Shown piece after piece: positions 1 through 8,457 of a DNA stretch of 49,245 nucleotides (the stretch's first letter is position 1; each line of letters opens with the position of its first letter). Both the position numbers and the translations under genes were made by a program. Source of the stretch: a virus (taxonomy: Duplodnaviria; Caudoviricetes); the IMG/VR virus record IMGVR_UViG_3300027653_000016, positions 1 to 49,245 of that record; one strand, written 5' to 3'. The notes below the pieces were generated by a model. It did not search any database. It was not told where the DNA came from and saw nothing but the letters and a program-made list of their open reading frames with translations.

Positions 1-973
1 CAGCGAATCCGCCATCGGCGTCGGTAGTGACGTCGACCGTGGCGACTTCATCGCCGCCGGATCCGGGCGCGCCGGACATGAGCGCGACTGTCCCGGCTGT
101 CTCTGCGGGGAACCCGGCGCCGGTGACCGTGATCGTGCGCGCCGCCTCATCACCCGACGAATCCACCTCTGTCTTGTCGGGCGTGATAGTCGCGCCGGTG
201 ACGGCGCCGACAGTGACCGGGGAATCGTCGTGCACGACGCTGCCGACAGTCACCACCACGTGGTAGTCGCCTTCGGCCGTACCCTCCGGTACGGAAAGTG
301 CCGCATCCACGAATGCGCCTTCAGCGTCGGTGGTGAATTCTGCGGAACCGACGGCTTCCCCTGCCTCGCCCGGCGCGCCGGGGACTAGCTCGGCAATACC
401 TTCAGTGTCAGCTGGGAACCCGGAACCTCCGACGGTGAACGTGTCGCCGGGTGCGGCTTCGGCCGGTTCCACGGTCACGGACGGCTCGTCACCGCCATCA
501 CCGACCGTTATGCCGGTGTTGTCGCTGGTCACGTCACCCACGGTCACGACGATGTGGTAATCGCCCGGTTCCGCGCCTTCGGGTACGACGACGGTGGCGC
601 CGTCGAACGCGCCGTTGGCGTCGGTAGTGACGGTCGCCGAATCGACTTCGTCGCCCGTCTCACCCGGCGCACCGGTCATCAGGGTGACGGTGCCTTCCGT
701 GCTGGCGGGGAATCCGGTACCGGACACGCTGATCGTGCGGGCGGCTTCATCTCCGCTCGGGTCGACCTCGGTTTTGTCCGGCGTGACTTCGCCGTCTTCG
801 CCGTCCACGGGAAGCGGCAGGTCGAATGTGACGGTTTGGGTGGCGTCGCTTTGCTCATGCGACACCGTCACCGTCCCGGACGTCGCGGTCTCTTCGTATT
901 GTTTGGTGTCTTCGCCCGAGTCGGGTAGACCGGTTTTTGGTTCGTCGTCGTCCCACTGCACACGCACTGTCAT
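1..973 (-). CDS. Ig-like repeat virion decoration/fibre protein, 5' part (runs off window start)
   Basis: Variant copy of 46177..48207; ATG at 973 overlaps TGA of the 190-aa gene. Confidence 0.85.
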   Translation of the reverse strand, partial: MTVRVQWDDDEPKTGLPDSGEDTKQYEETATSGTVTVSHEQSDATQTVTFDLPLPVDGEDGEVTPDKTEVDPSGDEAARTISVSGTGFPASTEGTVTLMTGAPGETGDEVDSATVTTDANGAFDGATVVVPEGAEPGDYHIVVTVGDVTSDNTGITVGDGGDEPSVTVEPAEAAPGDTFTVGGSGFPADTEGIAELVPGAPGEAGEAVGSAEFTTDAEGAFVDAALSVPEGTAEGDYHVVVTVGSVVHDDSPVTVGAVTGATITPDKTEVDSSGDEAARTITVTGAGFPAETAGTVALMSGAPGSGGDEVATVDVTTDADGGFA

Positions 974-1542
974 GGCGTAGTGCCCCCTTCGTCGTTGTTG
1001 GTTGTCCATGTGACTAGCGCTGTGTATCCGGTCGGGTCGGACGGATCCGCCTCCACCGAGGCATTCATGTCGCCGCCGTCGCCGCAGTCGGTCGCGTTCC
1101 ACACGACACGGGCGGTGTACCCGGTCGGGTCGGACGGGTCCGCTTCGACTGTGGCTGTGAGACAGTCCGTGGCGTCTAGCGGCGTCGTGAACTGCACGAC
1201 TGCCCGGCGCGTGATGTCGTCGCTATCGGTGACGATGACCGTGTGCGGGCCATCCTCCTCGGCCGTGAAAACTTTCTGCGTCGAACCCGTCTCCGGCTGG
1301 TTCACTAGTGGCGCGTCGCTATCCCACTGGATATCGACCGCACCGAAACCGGTGTTATCCCACGTCAGCACGACGGTGCGGCCGGTCGGGTCGTCGGGTG
1401 ACGCGGCGACTTCGGCCGTGATCTGGTCCGGGCATCCGGTCAGGTCGACGCGCGCCATCGCGATCTGGTCCCCCGCGACGGCTTTCACGATCGCGACGGG
1501 GCACCCTGACTGGTACGTATGGGTGAGCGTGTAATCAGCCAT
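970..1542 (-). CDS. 190-aa Ig/PKD-like tail accessory (adaptor) protein
   Basis: Follows tail tube; THTY motif at N-terminus, one full Ig-like domain, two ADPSDPTGYTA repeats; conserved in second copy. Confidence 0.8.
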   Translation of the reverse strand: MADYTLTHTYQSGCPVAIVKAVAGDQIAMARVDLTGCPDQITAEVAASPDDPTGRTVVLTWDNTGFGAVDIQWDSDAPLVNQPETGSTQKVFTAEEDGPHTVIVTDSDDITRRAVVQFTTPLDATDCLTATVEADPSDPTGYTARVVWNATDCGDGGDMNASVEADPSDPTGYTALVTWTTNNDEGGTTP

Positions 1543-1545
1543 ATC

Positions 1546-2604
1546 TTAGTCACCCCACGTGATTGTTGGTGTTTCATCGGCGCCCGTCACCGTGGCGACG
1601 ACCTCAAGCGGAACTTCGCCCGACGACGGTTCGACCGTCAGGGTCATGGTCTGCGGCACGCACATACGCTCCGCCCGGTACAGCTGTTCGTTACCGTCCG
1701 CCCACACGCCAATCGTGTAGCAATCTTCTTCGGTGTACGTGTGGCATAGCTCGGTTTCGCCGGTGATTTCTTCGGTCGGGGACCCGTCGCCCCAGTCGAT
1801 AACCCAATCGCCCTCGTCAGTGATGAGCGTGGCGCACACGGTCATATCGTCGTCGCCGGGCAGAAGCAGCAGCGGCGGCGCGAGCGGGTTCGACAGCGGC
1901 ATACCGCCGCAGTACGGTTCGGGAGGCTCCACGTCGATCGCCATCATGCGAAGCGCCGAGTCGACTGGTACCGGGGTAATAAACGGGCCCGGTATTGGCG
2001 GTTCGCCGGGGTTCATCTGCACGTCATACGGGCCGACGCCCCAGCGCGCTCCTGACTGTCCGGTGGCGGTCCAACGGTACGGGTTCGCTTCGCCGCCGAA
2101 TGTCATTTCTTCGCCGCCAAGGTTGGCGTTAGTGACGAAGAATGATGCGACGTAACCCCACTGGCCTTCGCCGCCCGTTTCCGGGTTGTCGCAGGTACCG
2201 CCTTCGCTGTAGATCTGTGTCCACATCTCCACTGCGACAGCGCGGCCGGAGTCGCCGACGGAACCGTACCGACGGTCGAAACCAACGATGTTGGCCATGT
2301 AGTCGTACACCGCTGTATACGAATCGTTTCCTTCGGCGACTAGCTCCGGGTCGATACGGCATAGACCGATATCCCACGAAACCGATTCCAAAGCCGCGTC
2401 GGGTGTGGCGCTGGCGCAAATCGTTCCGTCGGCGCGGGTCATCGACCATGCCTCGGGCTCGGTGACGTTTGCCGACAGCGTGATGTCAGTGATCGAGTTA
2501 GTGACGAAAACGCTGTTCGGACCATAGATTGGTCGCCCACAGTTGTCCAGAAGTGTGAAGCGGACGACTGTGGGCCACATGGGTGTGAAACATGTGGTTG
2601 CCAT
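1546..2604 (-). CDS. Major tail (tube) protein with C-terminal PKD domain
   Basis: Position after capsid genes; RFTLLDNCGRP N-terminus and WGVGPYDV motif of actinophage tail tubes; IDWGDGS...HTY PKD motif. Confidence 0.8.
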   Translation of the reverse strand: MATTCFTPMWPTVVRFTLLDNCGRPIYGPNSVFVTNSITDITLSANVTEPEAWSMTRADGTICASATPDAALESVSWDIGLCRIDPELVAEGNDSYTAVYDYMANIVGFDRRYGSVGDSGRAVAVEMWTQIYSEGGTCDNPETGGEGQWGYVASFFVTNANLGGEEMTFGGEANPYRWTATGQSGARWGVGPYDVQMNPGEPPIPGPFITPVPVDSALRMMAIDVEPPEPYCGGMPLSNPLAPPLLLLPGDDDMTVCATLITDEGDWVIDWGDGSPTEEITGETELCHTYTEEDCYTIGVWADGNEQLYRAERMCVPQTMTLTVEPSSGEVPLEVVATVTGADETPTITWGD

Positions 2605-2882
2605 TACGTGTCACCGCCTTCGGTCGGCTTCATCCGCTGCCTGTTTTGCTTCGGCGCGCTGGCAGTGTCCGGTTTCGCCCGTGGTTTGCGCTTTTTCGCG
2701 TCAGGGCCGGATTTCGCGGCTGTTCTCCACGCACTGTGGGTGGCCGCGTCGACGACGAATCCCATGGTGGGTCCGTCGGTGATGGTTGTTGGTTTTTCCC
2801 CGCCGACGCGTTCGGCGGCCTCGATGAGGCTGCGGGCGACGCGTGACGGGTCCTGGTGTCGGCCGACGTAGACGACAGCCAT
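2604..2882 (-). CDS. Small hypothetical structural-region protein, basic C-terminus
   Basis: RBS GGAGGG upstream; TAATG overlap with tail tube gene. Confidence 0.7.
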   Translation of the reverse strand: MAVVYVGRHQDPSRVARSLIEAAERVGGEKPTTITDGPTMGFVVDAATHSAWRTAAKSGPDAKKRKPRAKPDTASAPKQNRQRMKPTEGGDT

Positions 2883-2892
2883 AGTAACCCTC

Positions 2893-3840
2893 CTATATGG
2901 TTTGAGATAGGTCTACATTGACCGCAGCCAGCGGGCAGCTGTACGTGACGGTGTATGTGCGTTCCGCGATGGCGCGTGTGGCGTTCTGCTCACGGTCAAA
3001 CGTCGTCCACCGGTCGCCCGGCGTGACTATCGGGGACCGCCAGATACGCACATTGCCCGTCACATAGATCCACGCGGTCATACCGTCCGCCACCGGAACC
3101 CGCTCCGCCGGTGCTTGCTCCCCTGGCGGCACGTTCGTATACCCGCGGCCGAACGCCCACCCGGCGCCGACCTGCGTCTCCAGCTGCGGACCATTGCGCA
3201 CAATGTACGAACGGAAAAACGGGTACGCCTCACGCGGCGCATGAATCACGCCCGGCGAACCCGAATCGCGCAGCGCAAACTCGATATACGACAGCGCGAC
3301 CGCCGGATGCACCGGATCCGCCCCCGCAGGAAGCTCAGGCTCACCCAGCGACAGGTTCGGCTCCGCGCCGCAAAAACCCGACTGAAAAACCCGCTCAACC
3401 GCCTGCCACTCCGTGGATTCGAGCCGCTCTCGTGCACGCGCTTGCGCGCGGTCCATCGCGTAACCGCCAGCGCACGGCGGCGACACGTTATAGACCGTGA
3501 ACGGCTGCGACGTCACGAAATCCTGATCGACCTGGTCATCGAACTTGGAACCGTTGGGGTCGTCGAACACTTCCCATTCCGCCCGTGCCGTGTACCCGGT
3601 CGGGTCGGACGGGTCGGCGGTGACGTCGAGCTGTATCCCGCCGCCCGGGGGGAGACCGGGGGTGCATGTGTGGTCCCAGCAGCGGGACGGTACGCACCCC
3701 TCGGTCTCATATTCCACACCGGCATACGACGCGCGCGACGCCGACGTCACCACGGACGCTTGCGACTGCAGCCCGTATTCCCAGCGTGGTCCGGGTGGCG
3801 GGACGCCCGCCCATACGGGCGCCCCGGTCACAGGAGCCAT
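2893..3840 (-). CDS. Major capsid pentamer protein
   Basis: Directly after hexamer gene; PFTVY, GVIHAPR, WIYVTG, AERTY motifs typical of actinophage pentamer proteins. Confidence 0.75.
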   Translation of the reverse strand: MAPVTGAPVWAGVPPPGPRWEYGLQSQASVVTSASRASYAGVEYETEGCVPSRCWDHTCTPGLPPGGGIQLDVTADPSDPTGYTARAEWEVFDDPNGSKFDDQVDQDFVTSQPFTVYNVSPPCAGGYAMDRAQARARERLESTEWQAVERVFQSGFCGAEPNLSLGEPELPAGADPVHPAVALSYIEFALRDSGSPGVIHAPREAYPFFRSYIVRNGPQLETQVGAGWAFGRGYTNVPPGEQAPAERVPVADGMTAWIYVTGNVRIWRSPIVTPGDRWTTFDREQNATRAIAERTYTVTYSCPLAAVNVDLSQTI

Positions 3841-3859
3841 AACTACTGCCCCCTTCTAC

Positions 3860-5629
3860 CTACGCTGCCACGGCCGCGGGCGTCGGGCACTCGATGATCG
3901 ACTGTCCACCGGTGACGCCGTTGGCGCATATCGGGATTTCGGCGAGCATCGCGCCGTAGCAGCGCGGGATGACCTGCCATGCGGTTTCGGCGAAAATTCC
4001 GAGTTGGTTGTTGTGTTCGAGCAGCGTGTAGTCGTACTGGCCGGTGACGCGCACGATTTCGTCACGCGCGAGCAGGAATGTACCGGCCGGGTACATGAGG
4101 ATCTGAACGCTCGTTGGCCACTGCATTCCCGCGTCGAACTGCGTCGATCCGCCGAAACCGGCCGTGTTGGCGTCGGTGTAGGCGTCCTGCCAGTCGTATA
4201 CCCACTGTGCACGGATGTTACGCGCGGCAAGGTACCGCTCGAGGTCAGCGTCGGTGACCGCGAGCAGGTCGACGCCGTTGCGTTTGGCCAGGTCGGACCG
4301 CATGACACCGCGAAGCCACAGCGGCATCACCGCTTCAATAATCGTGGTCTCGGGCAGACGCCGACGGTACCGCAGCGCCTCCGCCATGAGTTCTGCGCCT
4401 TCAAGCACCGATGCGGTCGCGGCGTTGAGCGGACCAAAAAGCCCGTCGGTCGGTGTGTACGGGGCGTTCCCCGGTTGGTTCGCCAGCGCGAACTCGACCA
4501 TCCTGGCGATGATGTTGGCGTTCAACCGGTGCTCGAAAATCCACATGAGCAGGTCGAGGTAGTACGTGATCAGCTCAGGGTAGGCGTAGTTCGCCAAGAT
4601 CGAGTTAGTGATGCACACGTGGCACGTGTCGAGACGGTGCTCATCGAATTCCACACACGGGATCGGGTAGCACACTTTCGGTTCGGTGCGGCCGATGATC
4701 TCGGACTCTGTGTAGCAGTCCATGAAGTCGCCGCCCCACAGGTCCTCAAGACCGGGCTCGATCGGGAACCGGATGCCGCCGCGGTTGATGGTGATACCGG
4801 GAAGGTCGATCAGCCCCGCGAGCGGCGGGATCGGGCAGAACGAGTAATCGATTTCGCTGGGCGCGCACCATCCGGTGTTTTGGAACGTCCCGTCCGGCTC
4901 ACGCACTAGGCGCGACGTGTCGGTGACCCTGTTGAACACCTTCTGAACCTCGGTAGGCGCCATGTCGGGTGATACGAACGGACGTTGTTCTTCGTCTGGC
5001 TGCCGCTTGTACACCAGTAGACCGGACGACGATTTCGATTTTCCGTTTCCGGACAGCGTGCGCATGCGCTCGCCGACGCTACGCCCCAGTTCGTTGACGT
5101 CGGTGAAAAGCGACCCCATGGGTTTATCGGGAAGGTCAGCCGCGGCGTACGCCTGGAATTGCGCGGCGGGGTTCGCCTTCGTCACCGCGTGACGCGGCAT
5201 GGAGTTGAGGGCGTTACCGAACGTTTTTGCGGTCTGCAGCGACATCGCTCCGGCCATGTCGGGGCGGCGTTCCTCGGCGACAGGGGTGTCTTCGGGGACG
5301 TCGATGCTGTCGGGAACCACGACATCGGTACCCGCACCGCCATCTTCGCCGGTTTCGGTTTCGGCGTTATCGGCGGTGTCCGCGGTGTCGTCTGCCGGCG
5401 CCATCGCCTTGGCGATATCCACCAGCGACCGCAGTCGGCGCGCCTCATCCGCAGTCGGACGCTTCTTCTTACCCAGCTCCCGTGCCTGTTCCTCGGCGAT
5501 GACGCCGATAGCGTCGCGCTCACGCTGCGTGAGGTCTTCGGCATCGGTGGCCGCGATCCGCACCCGCTTACCTTCGTCGTCGTGCTTCAGTGCGCTGACG
5601 GTCTCGATTAGCCGTTCGAGTTCCTTCAT
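3860..5629 (-). CDS. Major capsid (hexamer) protein with N-terminal scaffold-like extension
   Basis: GWCAPSEIDYSFC, DLPGITINRGGIRF, QWVYDWQ, YPAGTF motifs; strong RBS. Confidence 0.88.
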   Translation of the reverse strand: MKELERLIETVSALKHDDEGKRVRIAATDAEDLTQRERDAIGVIAEEQARELGKKKRPTADEARRLRSLVDIAKAMAPADDTADTADNAETETGEDGGAGTDVVVPDSIDVPEDTPVAEERRPDMAGAMSLQTAKTFGNALNSMPRHAVTKANPAAQFQAYAAADLPDKPMGSLFTDVNELGRSVGERMRTLSGNGKSKSSSGLLVYKRQPDEEQRPFVSPDMAPTEVQKVFNRVTDTSRLVREPDGTFQNTGWCAPSEIDYSFCPIPPLAGLIDLPGITINRGGIRFPIEPGLEDLWGGDFMDCYTESEIIGRTEPKVCYPIPCVEFDEHRLDTCHVCITNSILANYAYPELITYYLDLLMWIFEHRLNANIIARMVEFALANQPGNAPYTPTDGLFGPLNAATASVLEGAELMAEALRYRRRLPETTIIEAVMPLWLRGVMRSDLAKRNGVDLLAVTDADLERYLAARNIRAQWVYDWQDAYTDANTAGFGGSTQFDAGMQWPTSVQILMYPAGTFLLARDEIVRVTGQYDYTLLEHNNQLGIFAETAWQVIPRCYGAMLAEIPICANGVTGGQSIIECPTPAAVAA

Positions 5630-5678
5630 GTTTCCCCCTCCGGGGTAGTGTCGCCCCCTCCCTTAGGGGGTTTACCTG

Positions 5679-5936
5679 CTATTTCGTTTTCTTCGGGACT
5701 GTCTGTGTGTGTGGTACCCAGTCGACTGACAGGCCGTTTCGTGCCGCGTCGGCGACCGCTTGTCGTTCGTCGGCGTACCTGGTTTCGGTGCCGTCGCGCC
5801 TGTACACGACGAAATCGCCGGCGCTCACCTTCGGGACGGGTTTGCGTTTCCCAGGGGTGCGGCGGTTCGCGGGGGTGCGGGTGATGCCGTACCGGCCGGA
5901 TGTGGTGCGCCGAGAGGATCCGCAGTTACAGCCCAT
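5679..5936 (-). CDS. Small basic MGCNCG-type capsid-region protein
   Basis: ATG at 5936 (MGCNCG) overlapping the upstream gene end; such small proteins commonly lie between protease and capsid genes. Confidence 0.7.
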   Translation of the reverse strand: MGCNCGSSRRTTSGRYGITRTPANRRTPGKRKPVPKVSAGDFVVYRRDGTETRYADERQAVADAARNGLSVDWVPHTQTVPKKTK

Positions 5937-6207
5937 ACGTTTCCACCGCTTCCGTCGCTTCGTAGTCCCATGTGGGATACACGTCGAGGTTTTCGAAGTA
6001 AAGTTCGAGGTCAGCGGTACTGACCTGTTCGATGTGGATTCCTCGGCGTTCGGCGAGGTTCGCGCGAAATGCCGACCGCATCCACACGGGAAACTCAATT
6101 TCGATGCTGTCTGGCGCCATTCCGGTACTGCGGATACCCGAAAGGGCTGATTCGACTGAGTCCAAAAACAATGGTTCGTCGATGTCGGTGCGTGGCATCG
6201 GCATCAC
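5926..6207 (-). CDS. 93-aa paralog of an internal segment of the major capsid protein
   Basis: 18/49 ungapped identities to the MCP segment IEAVMPLW...QWVYD; overlaps protease stop. Confidence 0.75.
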   Translation of the reverse strand: MMPMPRTDIDEPLFLDSVESALSGIRSTGMAPDSIEIEFPVWMRSAFRANLAERRGIHIEQVSTADLELYFENLDVYPTWDYEATEAVETYGL

Positions 6208-7457
6208 GCCCTGATCGCGGCTAGGCGCGCCATCTGCGACTCAGCTTCGGCCTGGATGTCCGCGGCAGTGATTTCCTCAGCGTCGCGTTCGGCCAGCGCT
6301 TCGGCGATCATGTCAGCGATGATGGGGCGTACATGTTCGGTGACGGCGGCTAGCTGAGATTCGGTGAGCCCACCACTGTCGCCGTTATCGGTGGGGGTTT
6401 CTTCTGCCGGCATTTCGTCGCCGTTCTGGAACTGGTCGTTGTCGTCGCTGGCCATATCGCCTTCCTGGTCGTCGTTGATTGATGGGTCGTCGAACGCCGC
6501 GGCGGCCTTGTCGTACAGCGTGTCGATACGCCCCTGCACCTGCTGTTTATCCTCGGCGCTGATCGACGTCTGGTCGAGGCGTCCGGCGGCGGCGGCGAGG
6601 CCGCGGTATACGGCGCGTAGCTGCCCGTCGATGACGTCGGCGAATCCGAGTGAGTAGGCGGCTTGCGTGGTGGGGTCGGCGTCGGGGTCGCGCCACAGGA
6701 ACGCGCGGGCCATGCGGTCGCCGTCGCCGTCTGCCCAGTCCTGTACGCGCCGCGCGGCGGCGGGGCCGTCCCATTCGCGTTCGCGCGGCGCCCAGGGGAG
6801 ATCGACGTCGCCAGTGAGAGTGAAAGTCGATGCGGCGTCGGCGGGTGCAGGCTGGTGGGAGAACGTGAGAATGATGCTTTCGGTGCCGCGGTAGTCGGCG
6901 TGCGCGAAATCGCCTACCCCGTACCGTTCGCGCTGCTGCGACAGCACTTCGGTGGGCGGGGTGATACGGGACGGGTCGCTGATCGCGAAAATTCGGGCTT
7001 CGTTATAGGCCGAGTTAGCCACGAGCGTCGCACCCGATATTTGCCAGTCCGTGTAGGAGTAGACCTCACGCCCGTCCGCCGCCCGCGACACCTTCACGTC
7101 GAGCGGTTCGATATCGACTGAGATCCAGCCAGCGAAACCCATCGAAACTTTCCGCGCGAGCGCGAGGGCCTCGGGGTCGGCCAGATCGAAAGGGCCGGAA
7201 CCCCACATGCCGTCCGGGGTTTCCCATACGCGTGTGATGGAGGCGAGGCCCGTTTTCGCGTGGTTGTGGGCTTCGGCAGTCCGGTCCTGGTACCCAACAA
7301 ACATAGGCAGATCACGCATGCGCAGTTGCGGGGGTGACAGGACGACGCGTTGGCGTTGTTCGTTGGTAGCTACTCCGTAGGGGACGAGTAGTCCTTCCCA
7401 GCCAATAATTTTGGGGTCGGTTTTTTGTTGTGTTGGTTCTAGCGTGGCCTGCGGCAT
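6204..7457 (-). CDS. Capsid maturation protease with C-terminal scaffold-like region
   Basis: Between MuF and MCP; WEGLL...H...ISVD...ISGATLV protease-like motifs; WDGPAAARRV domain; acidic helical tail. Confidence 0.78.
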   Translation of the reverse strand: MPQATLEPTQQKTDPKIIGWEGLLVPYGVATNEQRQRVVLSPPQLRMRDLPMFVGYQDRTAEAHNHAKTGLASITRVWETPDGMWGSGPFDLADPEALALARKVSMGFAGWISVDIEPLDVKVSRAADGREVYSYTDWQISGATLVANSAYNEARIFAISDPSRITPPTEVLSQQRERYGVGDFAHADYRGTESIILTFSHQPAPADAASTFTLTGDVDLPWAPREREWDGPAAARRVQDWADGDGDRMARAFLWRDPDADPTTQAAYSLGFADVIDGQLRAVYRGLAAAAGRLDQTSISAEDKQQVQGRIDTLYDKAAAAFDDPSINDDQEGDMASDDNDQFQNGDEMPAEETPTDNGDSGGLTESQLAAVTEHVRPIIADMIAEALAERDAEEITAADIQAEAESQMARLAAIRA

Positions 7458-7515
7458 TAGTCCCCCACGAATTATTACTAGTCTTCGTGGTTAGAGCATA
7501 ACGCCCGACGGTTAC

Positions 7516-8457
7516 TTATGGTATCGACATGGTGTCCCCACCATCGGTGAGCGCTTCGTTGTCGCTGTCGGCGCGTGCGCGGTCGTACGATTCGGCGGCC
7601 TCGGGGCCTTCGCTGCCGGTGAGGATGAGCATGACGCACCTGCAGTTGATCACCTGAGATGCGGGACCGGCCGGGTCACCGGGGAAACGCATATCGGCGC
7701 CGCCAACACGAAACGGTGTCCCGTACGGGACGGTCTGTTCGTGCGCGACCCGGTGCGCGGGGCGGGTGCGCTGGTCGCGGGTCGCCCACCACTGTCGGTA
7801 CACGGTTTCGCCCGCGTCGGCCATATCTTGGGCTTGCGCTTCTATTGCGGCGTTGCTGGCGCCAATCATTTCGGTACGCGCGATACGCGCAGCCCGCCAC
7901 GACCACCGGTCCTCATCACGCTGCGCCGCATCCAACAGTTCCCGGCGACGGGCGGACAGTTCGGAACGTTCGGTGCGTGTGAGCCCGCCGGCGTCGAGGC
8001 GCTGCTTGATGTCAGCAGCTTCGTCACGTAGCCGTCGTGTGACGGTGTCGAGACCGAGGGCGGAAGCGACGTAGTCGCGTTGCTCGCTGGCGGTGGCGCC
8101 GGTGGCCAGCGCGGTGCGCATCACGTCCCGCACGTCTTCGAACGCTTCGGCGGGGAAATCACGGAGCCGGTTGTGGACAGTGGCGAGGTAGTCGTCGACG
8201 GTGTCGGCAGTGTCGCCGGTGATGGTGGCGTCATCGAAAAGGTCCCGTATCTCGGGGTCCAGGATGTCGGTGACGAGGTCTATCCATACCGAGGGCCGTG
8301 GCCACGCGGACATGTCCGGTGCGCCAGTGTCGGGGAGTACGGCTTCGCGCACGATCTCTAGCCAGCGCGCTATCAGCTCGAGTATCAGGCTGTTGAGCCG
8401 GTTTTCCCACCGGTCGTTGAAATCGTCACGTTCGCCCGCGCTATCGAAAATACTCAT
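7516..8457 (-). CDS. MuF-like head morphogenesis/minor capsid protein
   Basis: RIARTE, WWATRDQRTRPAH and FPGDP...INCRC motifs. Confidence 0.9.
   Translation of the reverse strand: MSIFDSAGERDDFNDRWENRLNSLILELIARWLEIVREAVLPDTGAPDMSAWPRPSVWIDLVTDILDPEIRDLFDDATITGDTADTVDDYLATVHNRLRDFPAEAFEDVRDVMRTALATGATASEQRDYVASALGLDTVTRRLRDEAADIKQRLDAGGLTRTERSELSARRRELLDAAQRDEDRWSWRAARIARTEMIGASNAAIEAQAQDMADAGETVYRQWWATRDQRTRPAHRVAHEQTVPYGTPFRVGGADMRFPGDPAGPASQVINCRCVMLILTGSEGPEAAESYDRARADSDNEALTDGGDTMSIP

Larger units (their letters stand above)
1..2011. repeat. Diverged direct repeat, copy A
   Basis: Colinear with 47235..49245 at offset 47234; first 127 nt identical, then scattered mostly synonymous substitutions. 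Confidence 0.97.

Noticed and set aside
1-2011. Diversity-generating retroelement template/variable repeat pair
   Set aside because: Repeat is 2 kb, differences are not adenine-specific and are mostly synonymous, and no reverse transcriptase is present
3545-4909. Long + strand ORFs opposite structural genes (also 40933..43545, 47188..48162)
   Set aside because: Antisense shadows typical of GC-rich coding DNA, without RBS or motifs
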